Source: Salpingoeca rosetta
Taxonomy: Eukaryota; Protista; Choanoflagellata
Assembly (NCBI GenBank): GCA_033442325.1
Contig: JAWQFM010000007.1
Coordinates: 830,719-894,718, forward strand
Length of the DNA: 64,000 nt
Direction of reading: 5' to 3'
Below, piece after piece: positions 1 through 27,941 of this stretch. The translations under genes and the position numbers were made by a program. The notes under the pieces were generated by a model, which ran no database searches, was not told the DNA's origin, and saw only the letters and a program-made list of their open reading frames with translations. Position 1 is the first letter of the stretch. Each line of letters opens with the position of its first letter.

Positions 1-7614
<7,614 letters not shown>

Positions 7615-7619
7615 TGTAT

Positions 7620-7657
<38 letters not shown>

Positions 7658-8009
7658 TTTTGGGTAGGTTGCGTGTGCGCACTGTAGCGCGACATGTGTT
7701 CAATTCGCGCGTCCATGTAATCGATTGATTGACCGTATGTCTTGTACATTCTCGACTGTCATCGTTTTGTTGGTGTGTAACTTATTTGGTTGGTTGGTGT
7801 GATTATGGTGTTCGTGTTGGGGTGCAAGACGTCGGATGCTGGCGCATGCATGCCTGCTCGTGTCCGTGTCCAGGCCGCCACCACCTGTCTATTTCATACG
7901 ACTACAACCAACTGCTAAGATGCCATGCGGAGGTTGGAGGCAGAATACAGCATGTGTGTGCATGTGTGCGCGCTTTGTGCGGGTGTGCGCGCTTTGTGCG
8001 GGTGTGAGT

Positions 8010-8158
<149 letters not shown>

Positions 8159-8176
8159 AATTCAGTTTTCTGGACA

Positions 8177-10438
8177 ATGCCGTTACGAAGCGAGGCGAAA
8201 GGTGAGGGTGCTGTTGCCATGATGCAGGCTGTGCGCGGTGCTGTGCGCGGTGCTGTGCGCGGTGCTGTGTGCGGTGCTGTGCGCGGTGCTGTACGCGGTG
8301 CTGTGCGCGGTGCTGTGCGCGGTGCTGCTTGCTTGCTTGGATGCTTTGCCGACTTGCCAGCTCGAGCACTGAGCACAGCCACAGGTGGGCTGGTTTGTCT
8401 CATTCAGGAACCAAACTGCTTGCTGCTGTGTCTCTCTGCGATTGCCAGGGTTCCCAAAGCGCAAAGGGAAGGCCGGTGGAGGTGCAGCATACGTTCCGAG
8501 CGTCGACGCAGAAGATTCGCCGCTGCCTCGAGCGCAGGTCAGACATGAGAGCCACGCACCTTGGCGTGCGCGCGACTTGCATGCGTGCTTGTGTGCATGC
8601 ATGTGTGCTTCGTGGTGTTTGTTGACTGCGTTGTGCGCCAAGGCTGCAGCTGATCATGTGTTTGAGTGTCCTTTTCACGATGCGACACTCGACTATGTCA
8701 TGCGTCACGCCCGCCACGCTACTATGTCATCCCAGACCTGCATTCGAACAACAAGCCCACACGTTCACACACACACGCACGCACGCACACATGCAGAAAC
8801 TCGGAAGCGTCTCCACGGAACCTGAGCCAGTAGGTTTGGTGCTTCTCTCTGCTTCTCTGCTAGCTTCCTTGTGAATACTTGTCTTCTCCGCTGCTCTCTT
8901 TGCACTGGACAATGTTGGGTTCTTGGACCACATACGTCACTCGCTTGCTTTTCTCTCATGTCGCTGTGCTTACACAGAAGCGTAAACCAGCTGCACTTCT
9001 TCTGCGCGATCCAAGCGAAATGGTGCGTGCATGTGTGTGTGTGTGTGTGCGCGCGCGCGTGCGCAAGTCAGTGTTCGCAAGTGTGGGTGTGCAAGTCAGT
9101 GTATGCAAGTATGTGTGTGTGTGTGTGTGTGTCCACTGACGTGAGGTGTGCTTTGCTTATATGTGAATGGCTGTAGTCAAGACCACGCACCGCAGATTCC
9201 TGGGGATCCTGGGACGAAATGATGTCAAGGTTGTGCAACTCGATGAACCATGACAGACGTTGGGATGCAATGCGGGCTTATATAACGGATGAGCAACACT
9301 CACGCGCGGTTGCTTGTTTCTACCAATCGCTAAATGTCATCACACTGACATGTTCGCACCCTACTACCCACGCACCTACTCATACGTGCGTACTTGTATG
9401 CACGCGCGCACACGTGCGCTTGTCCCTACCCACGAATGCCTGTCAGGGATGAGGAGTCACCACTAGCATCGCCAAGGACGTCGGCACCCCCAAACCAGCT
9501 GCCAGACACCGCAACAGCCAACCAGCCGCCCAAGGCCCCCATACAGCGCCAAACACAGGCAGCCACGACTGCTGGCGACGACAGCAGCGATTGGGACTTT
9601 GATGACGATGATGACAATGGCGGTAACGGTGGCGCGGTCAGCAAGCCGACAAGTGGGCAAATCAGTGCTGTTGGCAGCAGTGGTGCTGTGAACAAGACAG
9701 CTGCACATGTGCAGCCGATCTCCCCATCTCCGCCCACCAAGTCCCCAAAGCCATCCGCAGGGTGCGCATGCGTTTGTGTGTGTGTCTGTGTGTGTGTTTG
9801 TGTGTGTGTCTGTGTGTCTGTGTGTGTGTCTGTCTGTCTGTCTGTGCGTGTGCGCTGTGCTGTTGCTGTTTCTTGACACCACGTTACTCTCGGTCTCACC
9901 CACCATTGCATATGCCTTCCGCAACAAACAACCACTACCACAACAACAACTACCCACGATTACGATCACGATCACGATCCCCACCTTGTGCTCGACCAGG
10001 TGGTTGTCTGTGCTGGATGACCCGTCCTCTCCACCGCAGGCACAAACAGCAACGGCGTCACAGCGAGCGCCATCTTCAACAGCAGCAGCGATGCCGCCAG
10101 CGCCCACGAGCTCGGGTGACAACAACAACACCAACAGTGTCACAGATGAATTGCAGCTGCAGCCGACACACCCGCAGCACGACGATGTGTTGCATGGGGA
10201 CAGCAACACGGTCGAGAGTGGGGCGGGTGACGTGCACTCTGAGCACTTGCATGACAAACACCGAACTGCCCCTCGCCCCAAACCATTCAAAACACGAAAG
10301 AAAGGCAAGTCAACCAGCAAAGAAGGCCAACCTGCAGCAAGCAGTCGTGGCTTTGGTTCGCTCTTCCGTATGGGAAAGAATCGCCAACAGCAGCAGCAGC
10401 AGCAGCAGCAACAACAACAACAGCAGCAGCAGCAACAA

Positions 10439-10488
<50 letters not shown>

Positions 10489-12259
10489 GCAGCAGCAGCA
10501 GCAGCAGCAACAACAACAACAACAGCAACAACAACAACAACAACAGTACGGTGGTGAAGTGATGACAGGCCCCCCTCCGGTTGTTGCTTCACTGTCGCCC
10601 ATCTCTGCAAACCAATCCAATGGATACTTGCAAAAACAAGCCGCTTTGCCGCAACTGCAACCGCAACACCAACAGCAACACCAACAGCACCAACAACAGC
10701 AACGACTGGGGGAAGAACAGGCCAAATCCACCGCTGCTGACATTCCTCCCAAGGTCCACACACATGTACACGTTGGCCTTGATGACGCGACGAGCAGTGG
10801 ACAGTTCAACCTTGCTTCTGAACAGCAACTCAGGCATTGGGAGCAGGCAAACGCAGGAACCTTTTGTGGCGCTTCAGTGGATGAACATTCCAGGTAGGTA
10901 TACGTGTGTGCCTGTGTGTGCTTGTGTGCATGCACATGCGTGTATCTGCGTGTATGCTTGTCTTCTTGATGCTTACAGCTGCGTTTCCTCACAAACACCC
11001 CTCCGCTTCCTTCTTCGCCATCTGTCCATTCACGCCGTTGCCTGATGTGCAAGGATGCCGCTTGTGTTCCACCCCATCTCGTCCCCGTCGTCGTTCACGG
11101 CGCGCACGTGGCGAAACACGTCATCTGTGGACACATGTGGCGATCGCACGGAAACAGACGCAAGAAGGGGCTTTGCTGCTGCATTTTCTGGTGCGTTTTC
11201 ATTGTCGAATACCGTTGTTCGCTTCATGGTGTGGACGATACTGCACATGCACGCGTGCCATTGGTGCATGTGTGTGTGTGTGTGGGGGGGGGGGACAAAG
11301 CCTCGTTGTTGTGGTGGCTGACTCTCATCCGACAAACATGGTGTATTCCATCCCTCTCGCTGTCTTTGACTTCACATCAGGTCTGCGTTCTGGAGTGGAT
11401 GTGATTCTGATGTTCTTCCTGGAGGCCCTGACGTTCGCCCTCTACGTCGTCCGAAAGGTGTGTATGTGTGTGTGTGTGCGTATGGATGTGTATGTGTGCT
11501 TGTGTGTGTGGTGTGTACAAGTGTGTGGTGTATGGATGTGTATGTGTGTGCTTGCATGTCGCGTTATGTTCGTGTGATGTTGGGTGTCTTGCCCTGCTGT
11601 ACTCACGCCACCAACGTCACTGTACGCCTGGCCACCAGCTTGTTGTGGAAGCGCTGGCGCTGATTGCGGATTTGCTGCTGAAACCGCTCCTGCACGCTCT
11701 CTTCAACGACATTCTCCACCCGGTCTTCGTCTTCCTCATCAACGTCGCGTCAAGCATCGCGGTGAGGCAACGACAGGGGGAAGGACGGGAGGAGGCGGAG
11801 CAGGAGATGGAGATGGAGACACATAATGTGTGTGTGTGTGTGTGTGTGTTTGATGTTGCTTCTTGTGTTCTAACGCTGGATTCATTCCACTCACTCCCAC
11901 CCGCGTGTTCAGGCTGTGCTTGAAGTTGTTGGGCGATGGATTGAACCATTTGTCTCTCTCATCGAACGCCTCCTCAGGTCTGTGTGTATGTGTTTGCATA
12001 TGTGCGTGTGTTTTTGCATATGTGTGTATGTGTTTGCATATGTGTGTGTGTTTGCATGTGTGTGCGTGTGTGTTTGCACATGTTTGTATCGTCCAAATAC
12101 TCTCCACCGCTTCCTTTCTCCGCCCCCCCCCCCCAATAGTGAACTTGAGTTCAGATCTCACCATCCGCGCCGTATCCCCACAGATCCTTCCGGCTTGTTG
12201 AAGTCAACCAAGGGAAACCAGCACGAGCATCAAAGTTGCAAGAGCCGCTCGACGTGTAA
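8177..12259 (+). CDS. Multi-exon protein with a disordered poly-Q N-terminus and a caveolin-like hydrophobic C-terminal domain
   Basis: N-terminal exons: MPLRSEAK(G), FPKRKGKAGG..., DEESPLASPRT..., and a poly-Q exon ending at 10893. Later exons: 11054-, 11381-11457, 11639-11761, 11913-11977, 12184-12259. These splice to ...SFTARTWRNT...VILMFFLEALTFALYVVRKLVVEALALIADLLLKPLLHALFNDILHPVFVFLINVASSIAAVLEVVGRWIEPFVSLIERLLRSFRLVEVNQ...DV*. Confidence 0.6.
8228..8327 (+). repeat. 12-bp intronic minisatellite (GCTGTGCGCGGT)n
   Basis: About 8 near-identical tandem units in the first intron of the 8177 gene. Confidence 0.9.
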
Positions 12260-12716
12260 CAGCGACTTTCTTTGTCACCAACACTTTTCACACACGCGCG
12301 TAAAAACTTGTGCATGGTTTCTCTGCTAGCTTACAAGGTTTGTTTTTGTCTCTGTGGGTTGTCTTTCATTCCCTCTTTCCTGCTGTGTTCATACGCCCAT
12401 CCACCGTCACCTGCATGCCTACACACACACACACACACACACACCTCACGCACACACACCACACACACACGCTTTTGTGCTTACTTGAACTTCCTTCCAT
12501 TTGCGGTGAATGCTTTTGTTCTGTCTTCTTGTTCATTTCATTGGCGCAACACCTGGTGGTTCATGTGTCCCATACAAACATCGCCATGCAATTTCAACAG
12601 TGAATGAAAGCATGTTACGACTTGTGATACAAACCAGCGTGAAGCAAGCCACTTGTGACAGCCGTGAGCAAAGCGATTGCGAAACACGACTCGCAGAACG
12701 GAGATGTGGTGTCACG

Positions 12717-19342
<6,626 letters not shown>

Positions 19343-19479
19343 CCTCGATGTCCTGTTTGTAGGTCGCCTTGGATTGTGTTTGGCCTTTAAATGGTCCATT
19401 TCCACTTTCCAGAACAACAAGAAGAAGCCACGCCCCAGCCACCTCTCGCCCCTTCTCGCCACCACCACCACCATCAACC
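19343..19479. promoter_or_regulatory. Putative compact bidirectional promoter
   Basis: Only 137 bp separate the divergent ATGs at 19342 (-) and 19480 (+). Confidence 0.45.
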
Positions 19480-22400
19480 ATGGCTGATAAGCCCGTCGTC
19501 GTCGTGTTCACGGCCAACTCAAACACAGGCAAGTTGACACATGAATGGAAGTTGCGTCGTGTCCTTGTTGTGTTGTGTTGCGGTGCTCTCACTGTACAGC
19601 TTCTTGCATTGCATTGCATTTGCTTGCATTGCTTGTTGGCTTGCGGGAGTGCCTGCCTGCAAGCAAGCAAATGTAGACTGCAGCACATTGGCGCCTTGGT
19701 GCTTGTTTTGCTCGTCGCCCCTGTCTCACTGAGCTCGAGCTGTGTTGGTTGTACAGGCACCGCTGTTGTGCGGGAACTGGCAGCCAACTATGCGGATGAT
19801 GTTCGCATTCGCTGCGTGGTCCGCAAGAAGGCAAACGCCAAGCACCTGCAGGGCCTTCCTATCGAGGTGCCAAGCCTCTCAACGTCTTTGTGTATCTGTG
19901 TGTGTGTGTGTGTGTTTGGGGGTAGGGGTTGTTGTTATTGTTGTTGGTATTGTTGTTGTTATTGTTGTTATTGTTGTGTCCGTGTGTCTGTGTGCGTGAC
20001 TGTGTCTGCGTCTATGTCTGTCTGTGTCTGTATCTTGTGCTTTCAACTGTTTTGTTTTGTTTTGATGCTGTGCTTGCAACTACTTGTTTTGTGTTCACTG
20101 GGCATAATTGTTCCTTGCACATGCAGGTCATCAACGCAGACATCACGCAGCCTGCGCTTCTGAAGGCGGTGTTTGCGGATGACGTGAACGTGTGCTTCTG
20201 GAGCACCCCAACAACACAAGGTGGCGTCTTGATTGCCATGGCCGCTGCCTTGTCTCTTCCTACACTGTTCGCGTGTGCCTGTGGGCGCCTGTGTGCATTG
20301 CTCTACCACCTTCACTGCTGTTTTGTGCTGCACTCTTCGTTCCTTTTACCCCGCTGGTGTGGTGAGCTTCTGACTGTCTTCACTGCTCTAACTGGTCACT
20401 GCTTTGCCTTCGTGTGGTTTCAGACCGTGCGGACTTGACGAAGCGGTTCGTTGACGCGTGCATCGAGTACGGCGTGGACTTCCCCGTCATCGTGTCCATG
20501 CTGGATGCAGGTGGGTGACAACCCGGCGCCGTGCGTCAGTGCGTGTGTGCGGAGGGGAGAGGGGTCTCATCCTGGCCCAACTTACACGCAGCATTGAAAG
20601 ATGATGAAAGCACAGCCTGTGGATTTGATGCCTGGATTGTGGCTCATCCCACACATGTGCACACCCTCTCACGTGACCGCACAGACAAGCGGGGCACGCT
20701 TCACCAGCAGCACTTTGCCGAGATTGAGGCCTACTGCGAGGTGTGTCGTCTGGAGGAGCCACTTTTTTTTTTTTGCATGCATGCAGGCATCAGTGGTGGT
20801 GATAGAGAGCTATGGTCACACACACACACACACTCACGCACACACACACACTCACTCACTCACTCACACACACACACACACACTCACTCACACACTCACT
20901 CACACACACACACACACTCACTCACTCACACACTCACACACACACACACACTCACTCACTCACTCACTCACTCACACACTCACTCACACACACACACTCA
21001 CTCACTCACTCACACATACACGCACTTTTCCTGTGGCAGAAAATGCGTGGCACCCCCGTGAAGCGCCAGCTGCTTGACACCGGCAAGCAGACCCTTGCCC
21101 CGATCATCCTCCGCTGTGCGCCCTTCTACCAAGTACGCACCATCGTGTCGTACACAGTGTGTGCGTGCGTGCGTGCTTTCGTGTGCGCATGCATGTGTAA
21201 TGTGCGTGCGTGCTTTCGTGTGCGCATGCATGTGTAATGTGTTCAACATGCTTTGTCAAATTGCACGTTCCTCGTTTGAACGTATCGTCTTACATTTCGC
21301 ACACATTGCCCTGCAGAACATGCTTGCCAGCCTGGCGGGCATTGCTGAGGGCCAGCTGTACTACCCGCTTGGCAAGAACGAGGGTTACCTGCCACACGTT
21401 GACCTCAAGGATGTTGGCAAGGTGCATGGCATGCTTGCTCTCTTGATCTGCTGCTGCCACTGTAGCTGTTGCTAGAATGCCGCTGCCGTATTTGAACGTT
21501 GTAAGTCTTTGACGCAACACTAATGTGATGTGACATTACACACGATTGTTGCATGCATGCATGCACGCACACACTGTTCGTGGCTGACAGATTGGGGCCA
21601 AGATCCTGGTCGACCCCACCCCACACGGCAACAAGACATACAACCTCATTGGCGAATACCAGCAAGGCAACCAACTGGTGCGTCACGCAGCTCTTCGCTG
21701 TGATGACACCTGATGCCTCCAACCAGCCTGTTGTCCAGATCCTTTGTGTGACTTGGCAGGCGCGCCCTGCACACGCCTTTGACACATGTACAAGTTCAGA
21801 CCAAACACGACACCATGGCCTCGTTCTCACGACTCTGCTCCATCATGTATGCGTGTCATGTTGTTTGCCTGCAGGCATCGTCCATCACCCGCAGCACGGG
21901 GCATCCATGCACGTACGAGGAAGTCGACGATCCCACAGCGGCCATGGCCTTTGCGGTGAGTAAGCATGTGCCAGCACAGTACGTTGTTATCACACGAAAC
22001 ACATTTACACCAAGGCGTCGAGCTACGTAGTGAAGAGAATATGAGCAGCCTATGTTCTTCGTTGTGTTTTGCTGGCCCAACCGAGCCCAACTCACCCACT
22101 GCCATGCGATGATTGATTTGTGCCTCGTCTACAATGCTTGCAGGCCCTTGGACTGCCGGAGTGGCTGGCTGACGCCAACACGGAGCTCATTGCATACTTC
22201 CGCGAGGACAAGTAAGCCGCAACACGCATGAAGGCATGATGAGCAGGCAGCCAAATTGGCATTGTGTGGAATAAGTGGTCGTATGGCTTAGGGTGTGTGT
22301 ATTTGAAAGCCTGAAAGCACCAACTTCATGTTGTGTCCCCAACTATGCTCACGCCAGTTTAATCGCTCTCCTCTGTTCTTTTGCTTTGCCCTTCACCATT

Positions 22401-22549
22401 GTCATCACTTCATCACTTGACCCACTCCCCTCCCTTGCCGCAGTGGCCAAGATATCAAGTCGGATGTGGAGGAGGTGCTTGGCACGCCGCCCACCAAGTT
22501 TGCCGCATTCTGCAAGCGCGAGATGAAGCCGTTCCTTGACGAGCTCTGA
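19480..22549 (+). CDS. NmrA-like / atypical SDR NAD(P)-binding Rossmann protein
   Basis: Spliced product includes MADKPVVVVFTANSNTGTAVVREL..IRCVVRK, VINADITQPALLKAVF, HQQHFAEIEAYC, PIILRCAPFYQNM, LPHVDLKDVGK, HGNKTYNLIG, DVEEVLGTPPTKFAAFCKREMKPFLDEL*. These are typical NmrA motifs. The first intron is GC-AG. Confidence 0.85.
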
Positions 22550-23336
22550 GGAAGGGGATGGCTGGTGTCTTGGAGAGCGTCGTGCTGCCATGTTCCATCG
22601 TCCCCCTTGACTGGGGTTCTGGGGTTGCGGAGGAGCCTCCATCATCTTCTGTCCAGGGAGCCAGGGATTACACATTTGCTTGTGCTTTGTGCTTGTGCTT
22701 TGTGCTTGTGCTCTGTGCTGTGTCGTCTTCCTTTTGTCCCGCTCTCTTCTGTGCCCTGTCTTGTCGGTGTTGTCTTCTTGTGCCAGCTGTTTCCTCGTTC
22801 AGTTCTGTGGTGTTGAGGTTTTGGGGGTTTGGATTGGCTGCTACCCTTCGATTCTTCTCTTCTCTCGTTGCTTTCGTTTACCATGGTTGTTTGCGGCATG
22901 TCATAAGTCACGTCTCACATCCTCACATCACATCACGTTCCAGCTCTCAGAGCTCTCCGTGGTTGTTGCATTGTCTGTCCTTCTCTCTCTCTCTTTGACT
23001 CTGAGTTGTCGTGTCGTGTCATCATGCCTCGGGAAGTGGCTTTGCTTCGTTTGCTTGTCTGCCGTCTTCCATGTCTTATCTTCTCCCGCATCACAGCATG
23101 AATGAAAGTGAAGGAGAGGGAGGGATGCAGGGATACACTGCAGAGGCAGGGGATGGATGGAAGGAGGGAGGGAAGGATCTAAGGATGGCAGGCAGATGGA
23201 AAGCTGGAAAGGATGGACTGATGGAACTATGGAAGAAGCGGCTATGGATGCAAGGCAAGCACAAGCACGCCCTTGACTGCCGTTTCATGAACTGCATGGG
23301 CAATTTTCCACAACCACGAGACAAAAGTTGTGCGTG

Positions 23337-23695
23337 ATGATGGCGAGCAGAGCACTGTGGCGGTCGCTGCGTTGCACTGGCAGCGGCAGCAGGGCAGCCG
23401 TGCTTGCACGAACGGGGCGCTCTCTCCGGTTCAACACCACTACGACCACCACCACATCTGCGACTTCATCATCAGACACAACGGCGGTGCCGCCACCCCC
23501 GCCAGCAACAGAGAGCGAGCAGCAGAACGAAGGTGCGGCAAGCCAAGCCAATCCACCAGCGTCCACCAACACCACAGGATTTGTTGTTCCCAATGATGTC
23601 CCCCCTGTCAGGTAAGCTCACACGTGGGTTGTGGGTTGTGGGTTGTGGGTTGTGGGTTGTGGGTTGTGAGCTTGTGAGCTTGTGAGCTTGTGAGC

Positions 23696-23741
<46 letters not shown>

Positions 23742-24344
23742 GTGTGTGTGTGTGTGTGTGAGCTTGTGGGTGCGTGTGTGTGTGTGGGTGTGTGCGTGTG
23801 TGTATGTGTGTGTGTGTGTGTGGTGCGCAATTCGAGTGAGGTGTGTGAGCGCACCCAACCTGCTCTCTGTCCTCCCCCATGGTTCACTCGCTCACGCCCG
23901 GGTGCAAACGGCTGAAAACGGCGGCGCAGGTTTGTTCAGCGGTATTCTGTTGAGCCCATCAACCACATGCTTGCCATTCGCACAGCAAGGGCGTACTCCA
24001 TCTCCAACGAGACGCTGCGTGCACACATCAAAGTATCTATGCACGATAAGACGGTAAGCATAGAATCGCACGTTGCGTGCAAGAGTTCAGTGCACCTGTC
24101 TCTGCCGTGGTGGCATCGCTCGGTTTCCCCCATGTGAAAGCGCGGTGCTCTGTGCGTCGTGTCCTCACACGCTTTCCCTGTGGCATTGGTTCCGTCACAC
24201 TAGAAAAAGAAGGGCCGCCCCAGAGACCCTATCCGTGGCATGGTGATCCTTCCCCACCTCTTCAAACCCGCGCAGAAAGTCATCGTCTTTGCCCGCGTCA
24301 GTCATCCTGCGTGTGTGTGTGTGTGTGTGTCTGTGTGTGTGTGT

Positions 24345-24382
<38 letters not shown>

Positions 24383-25742
24383 CTGTCTGTCTCTGTGTGT
24401 CGATGTGTGTGAACGTCCCTTCCATGTTTCTTCTGTGTAGTGTGCTCTGTATGCACTGCGTGTGCATTCGTGGACGCAACTGCAGTCCAGTTCCATGTGC
24501 ACACACGTGTGCCTCTTGCATTCAGCATCCCCTCTCATGCGATTCAATGCCATCTCCATGCATGCTGGTATGCACAGGGCAAGGACATTGACGATGCGCT
24601 GGAGGCCGGCGCCACAGCCGCTGGTCTCACGGACCTGATGGAGCAAGTTGTTGACGGCGACATTGACTTTGACGTCGCGCTCGCCACAGCCGATGTGATG
24701 CGTGATATCCGCGCTGCCGGCCGCTCGCTTCGACAGCGCATGCCCTCAGCCAAGAACGGTGAGATGCAAGCTGTGCTGTGCATTCAATGAAGTGCACTCA
24801 CGCCATGCCCGCTTGGGCTGATTGTCGTCAGTACGAGCGAAACATGACCCAAATTCAAACACACAACAAACAAACAAACAAACAAACAAACAAACAAACA
24901 AACAAACAAACAAACAAACAAACAAACAAACAAACAAACAAACACACTCACTCACTCACACTCACTTACTCACATGCACACATTCACACGTGCACTCTCT
25001 CACTCGTACTGTTAACTCTGAATGATGCTCACCCGTGTCCATACGCTGGTACTCGTCCATCTCTGCAGGGACGATTGTGGAGAACGTGAAGGAGGCGGTG
25101 CTGCGGTTCTCGCGTGGCATGCTGTATCGCACAGACGCACACGGCAACGTCAACATTGGCTTCGGCAAGGTGGAAATGACAGGAGGAGGGAGAGAGGAGT
25201 AAGACAGGAGGGGAACCATGAACGGAGCTGTGAGAGAAAGCCCTGCACATGGCTTGACGGCACATCGTGGCGCTGTACGCGAGTGTCGTGTGCATCATGC
25301 CACCAAACAATTCACGTGTTGTGGCACCCGCTTCTGTCTGCTCTTGGTTTCAGGCTGACCAGTCCATGGATGTCCTGCAAGAAAACCTCCTTGCCCTCAC
25401 AGAGAATGTCCTTGAACACAACCTGGGAGCACGCGGTAAGCACTTGCGTGTGTGCATGCACCCAGTGTTGTCTGCGCATGTGCTTGCACACGTGGTCGTG
25501 TCTGCCAATGCATGTGCCTTTCCCCGTTTCGCCCCTGCGCATGCGTGCATGTGTGCGTTCCATTGCCTCTGCTGCACCTTGTGGTTGCTCATCACACCAA
25601 CACCATTGCCATCGCCATCGCCATCACTGCAGACAAGTTCATTGAGCAGATGTACATTTCGTCGGACCATGCCCGCTCTGGCGGCCTTGAGATTCGCCGC
25701 AGCGACCTCCTCTCCGCCCTCGCCGCTTCAAAGAACGCATAG
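23337..25742 (+). CDS. MRPL1: Mitochondrial ribosomal protein uL1 (L1)
   Basis: Arg/Ser-rich presequence MMASRALWRSLRC. L1 motifs: DPIRGMVILPH..KVIVFA, ALEAGATAAG..L.EQVVDGDIDFDVALATADVM, LRQRMPSAKNGT, GNVNIGFGK, LQENLLAL, FIEQMYISS. Confidence 0.88.
24866..24944 (+). repeat. (CAAA)n intronic tetranucleotide repeat
   Basis: Directly visible; a similar degenerate array lies at about 55500-55650. Confidence 0.9.
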
Positions 25743-26054
25743 TGTGCCTGTCTGTGTGCGTCTCTCTCTCTGTGTGTGTGTGTGTGTGTGTCTGTCTGTG
25801 CTGTGTGTGTGTCTGTGTGTCTGTGCTGTGTGTCTGTGTCTGTGTGTCTGTGTCTGTGTGTGTCTGTGTGTCTGTGTGTCTGTGTGTCTCTCTCCATATC
25901 CTCTGTCGCCCTTGTGGACGATTGGTGCAAGATGTTCATAAAACCGACTGCGCTTCGCAACACAGCCAACAACAACAAACGAACCACCAAGAAGCCCTTG
26001 CTTGCCCTGCCTCGCCTGCAGTTTGTCATCGTGGTGCGTGTGGTGTGAGGTGTG

Positions 26055-27027
26055 ATGACGGCTGTTCAGAGTGGGAAGCACGCTCGCTCGCGCGGCGTGT
26101 CAAGTGCAGCGGAGGAGGAGCTGACACCACTGGAGCTCGCGCAGCAACGGATTGCACAGGTGACCCAGCAGGGCCACTGTTTTTCTTTTCCCCACAACCC
26201 TGCCAACGACTCTTGTTCTGCTTGTGGTTCTGCTTCTGCTGGTGCTGCCTCGCTTGCGGTGCGCTCACCACGTTGCTGTTGCTGATATGCTTTGTTTGAT
26301 GGCTGTTGGTGGTGACACCAGTTGCCTCAGTCCACCCAGTTCCTTGATCTCTCCGAGATGGGCCTGCCAGCGTTTCCAGAGGAAGTGTTCAGGCTGACGC
26401 ACTTGCGTGCGCTGTATCTCAACGACAACGATCTCGAAACCCTACCAGACCATCTCTTCCACGGCCTTCCAGATCTCACGTAGGCTCTCCATGCATGTGT
26501 GCGTGTCTGTGTGTTGTGGCTCTTTGTGTTGTGCTTGCGATGGATTTAGCTGATCCTCCATGCTAATCTGCTCACGCTTTCTACCATCCACACACAACCA
26601 CAACCACAACCACGCATGTGAAGATACCTTGACCTGAGGAATAATAGAATCGTGGCCTTGCCAAAGGGCACGAGGTTGGTTGCCGTGAAACATGCATTGC
26701 ATGTCATCACTGGAAGTGCTACTCCACCACACTTGCACACTCTGCGCCATCTTACCCTTCGCTTCTTCCGTGCCCACGCTCACGCTCGATCGTCACGCTC
26801 CGTCGTCACGCCCTCACCTATAACCACCACACCACCACTTCCACCGCCACCCCCACCTAAAGAGAAGCCCAGCGGCTGCGCACACTGCTGCTCGGCAACA
26901 ATCGCATCACGGCATTGCCCACAGAATTGGGTGATATCCAAACGCTGTGTGGTCTCAACATTGCCGGCAATCCACTCTTCTTTCCCCCCGACGACATCAC
27001 ACACCAAGGTAGCACTTTCGCTTGTGT

Positions 27028-27083
<56 letters not shown>

Positions 27084-27544
27084 GTGCATGTATGTATGGG
27101 GGGGGGGGTTCGTTGCACACGTGCTGATGTCGTCAACTGTGTGGACGTGACTGCGGATGTATGCACTTCCAGGTGTTCATGCCATCAAAGCGTTCCTGCG
27201 TGCTAGAACAGCCTCGCTCATCGCAGATCCGGGTATGCGCGTGCGTGTCTGTCTGTCTGCCTGGCAGTGTGTGTCTGTGTGTGTCTGTGTGTGTCTGTGT
27301 GGCTCTGTGTGTGTGTGTGTGTGTGTGTCTGTCCGTCTGTCGGTGACGTGTGAGTGTGTGATGATATATCTTGCTTATGACCACATTTTCATCGCCATGG
27401 TGGCGCCACAGCTTTCATGACCAACCCTGAGATCGAGCACACATCCCCAGAACCAGAACCACAACCGGTACGTGCATGGATGCGTGGGTCACAATTTGCG
27501 TGTCACTTGTTCCTTGTTTTCATGCCAAACACGCAGCATGCGCC

Positions 27545-27625
<81 letters not shown>

Positions 27626-27941
27626 CGACGACGGCGACGTTGCAATGTCGAACCCGTTTGCGTGGCAAGAGGACGAACGCCCGCTACCAACAACAGCAAG
27701 CAAGTCAACAGTACACACACAGGAGCACAGCAGCGTTGGGCACGTGCAGCAGCAGCACAGCAGCACAAACGCAAGCGCCACTGGTAGCGATGGTGGGGAC
27801 GGTGATGTGTTGCTGTGGCGAGCGAGGAGCAGACGAGGATTGGGTGCTGATGGCGACGACACAGAGAGTGTATCGTCAGCGCTGGCCAACAAGATGGTGA
27901 CCACTGTATTGGACAGGCTGGCCCTTGAAGAAGCAGAGTAA
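26055..27941 (+). CDS. Leucine-rich repeat protein, LRRC27-like
   Basis: Exons encode [106 protein letters not shown] and VHAIKAFLR (LRR cap). The start and last exon are uncertain; there may be a further exon ending near 28086. Confidence 0.75.

Noticed and set aside
8228-8327. Regular short repeats (also 60651-60750 and 53125-53184) as a CRISPR-like array
   Set aside because: The units are directly tandem with no unique spacers, there are no cas genes, and the context is eukaryotic non-coding DNA.
23626-23700. (GGGTTGT)n as an interstitial telomeric repeat
   Set aside because: Short, intronic, not TTAGGG, and grades into (GAGCTTGT)n and (TG)n.
24032-24040. GTATCT in the uL1 gene as a U12-type donor
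   Set aside because: It does not match GTATCCTT, and the frame continues to a standard GTAAGC donor at about 24053.
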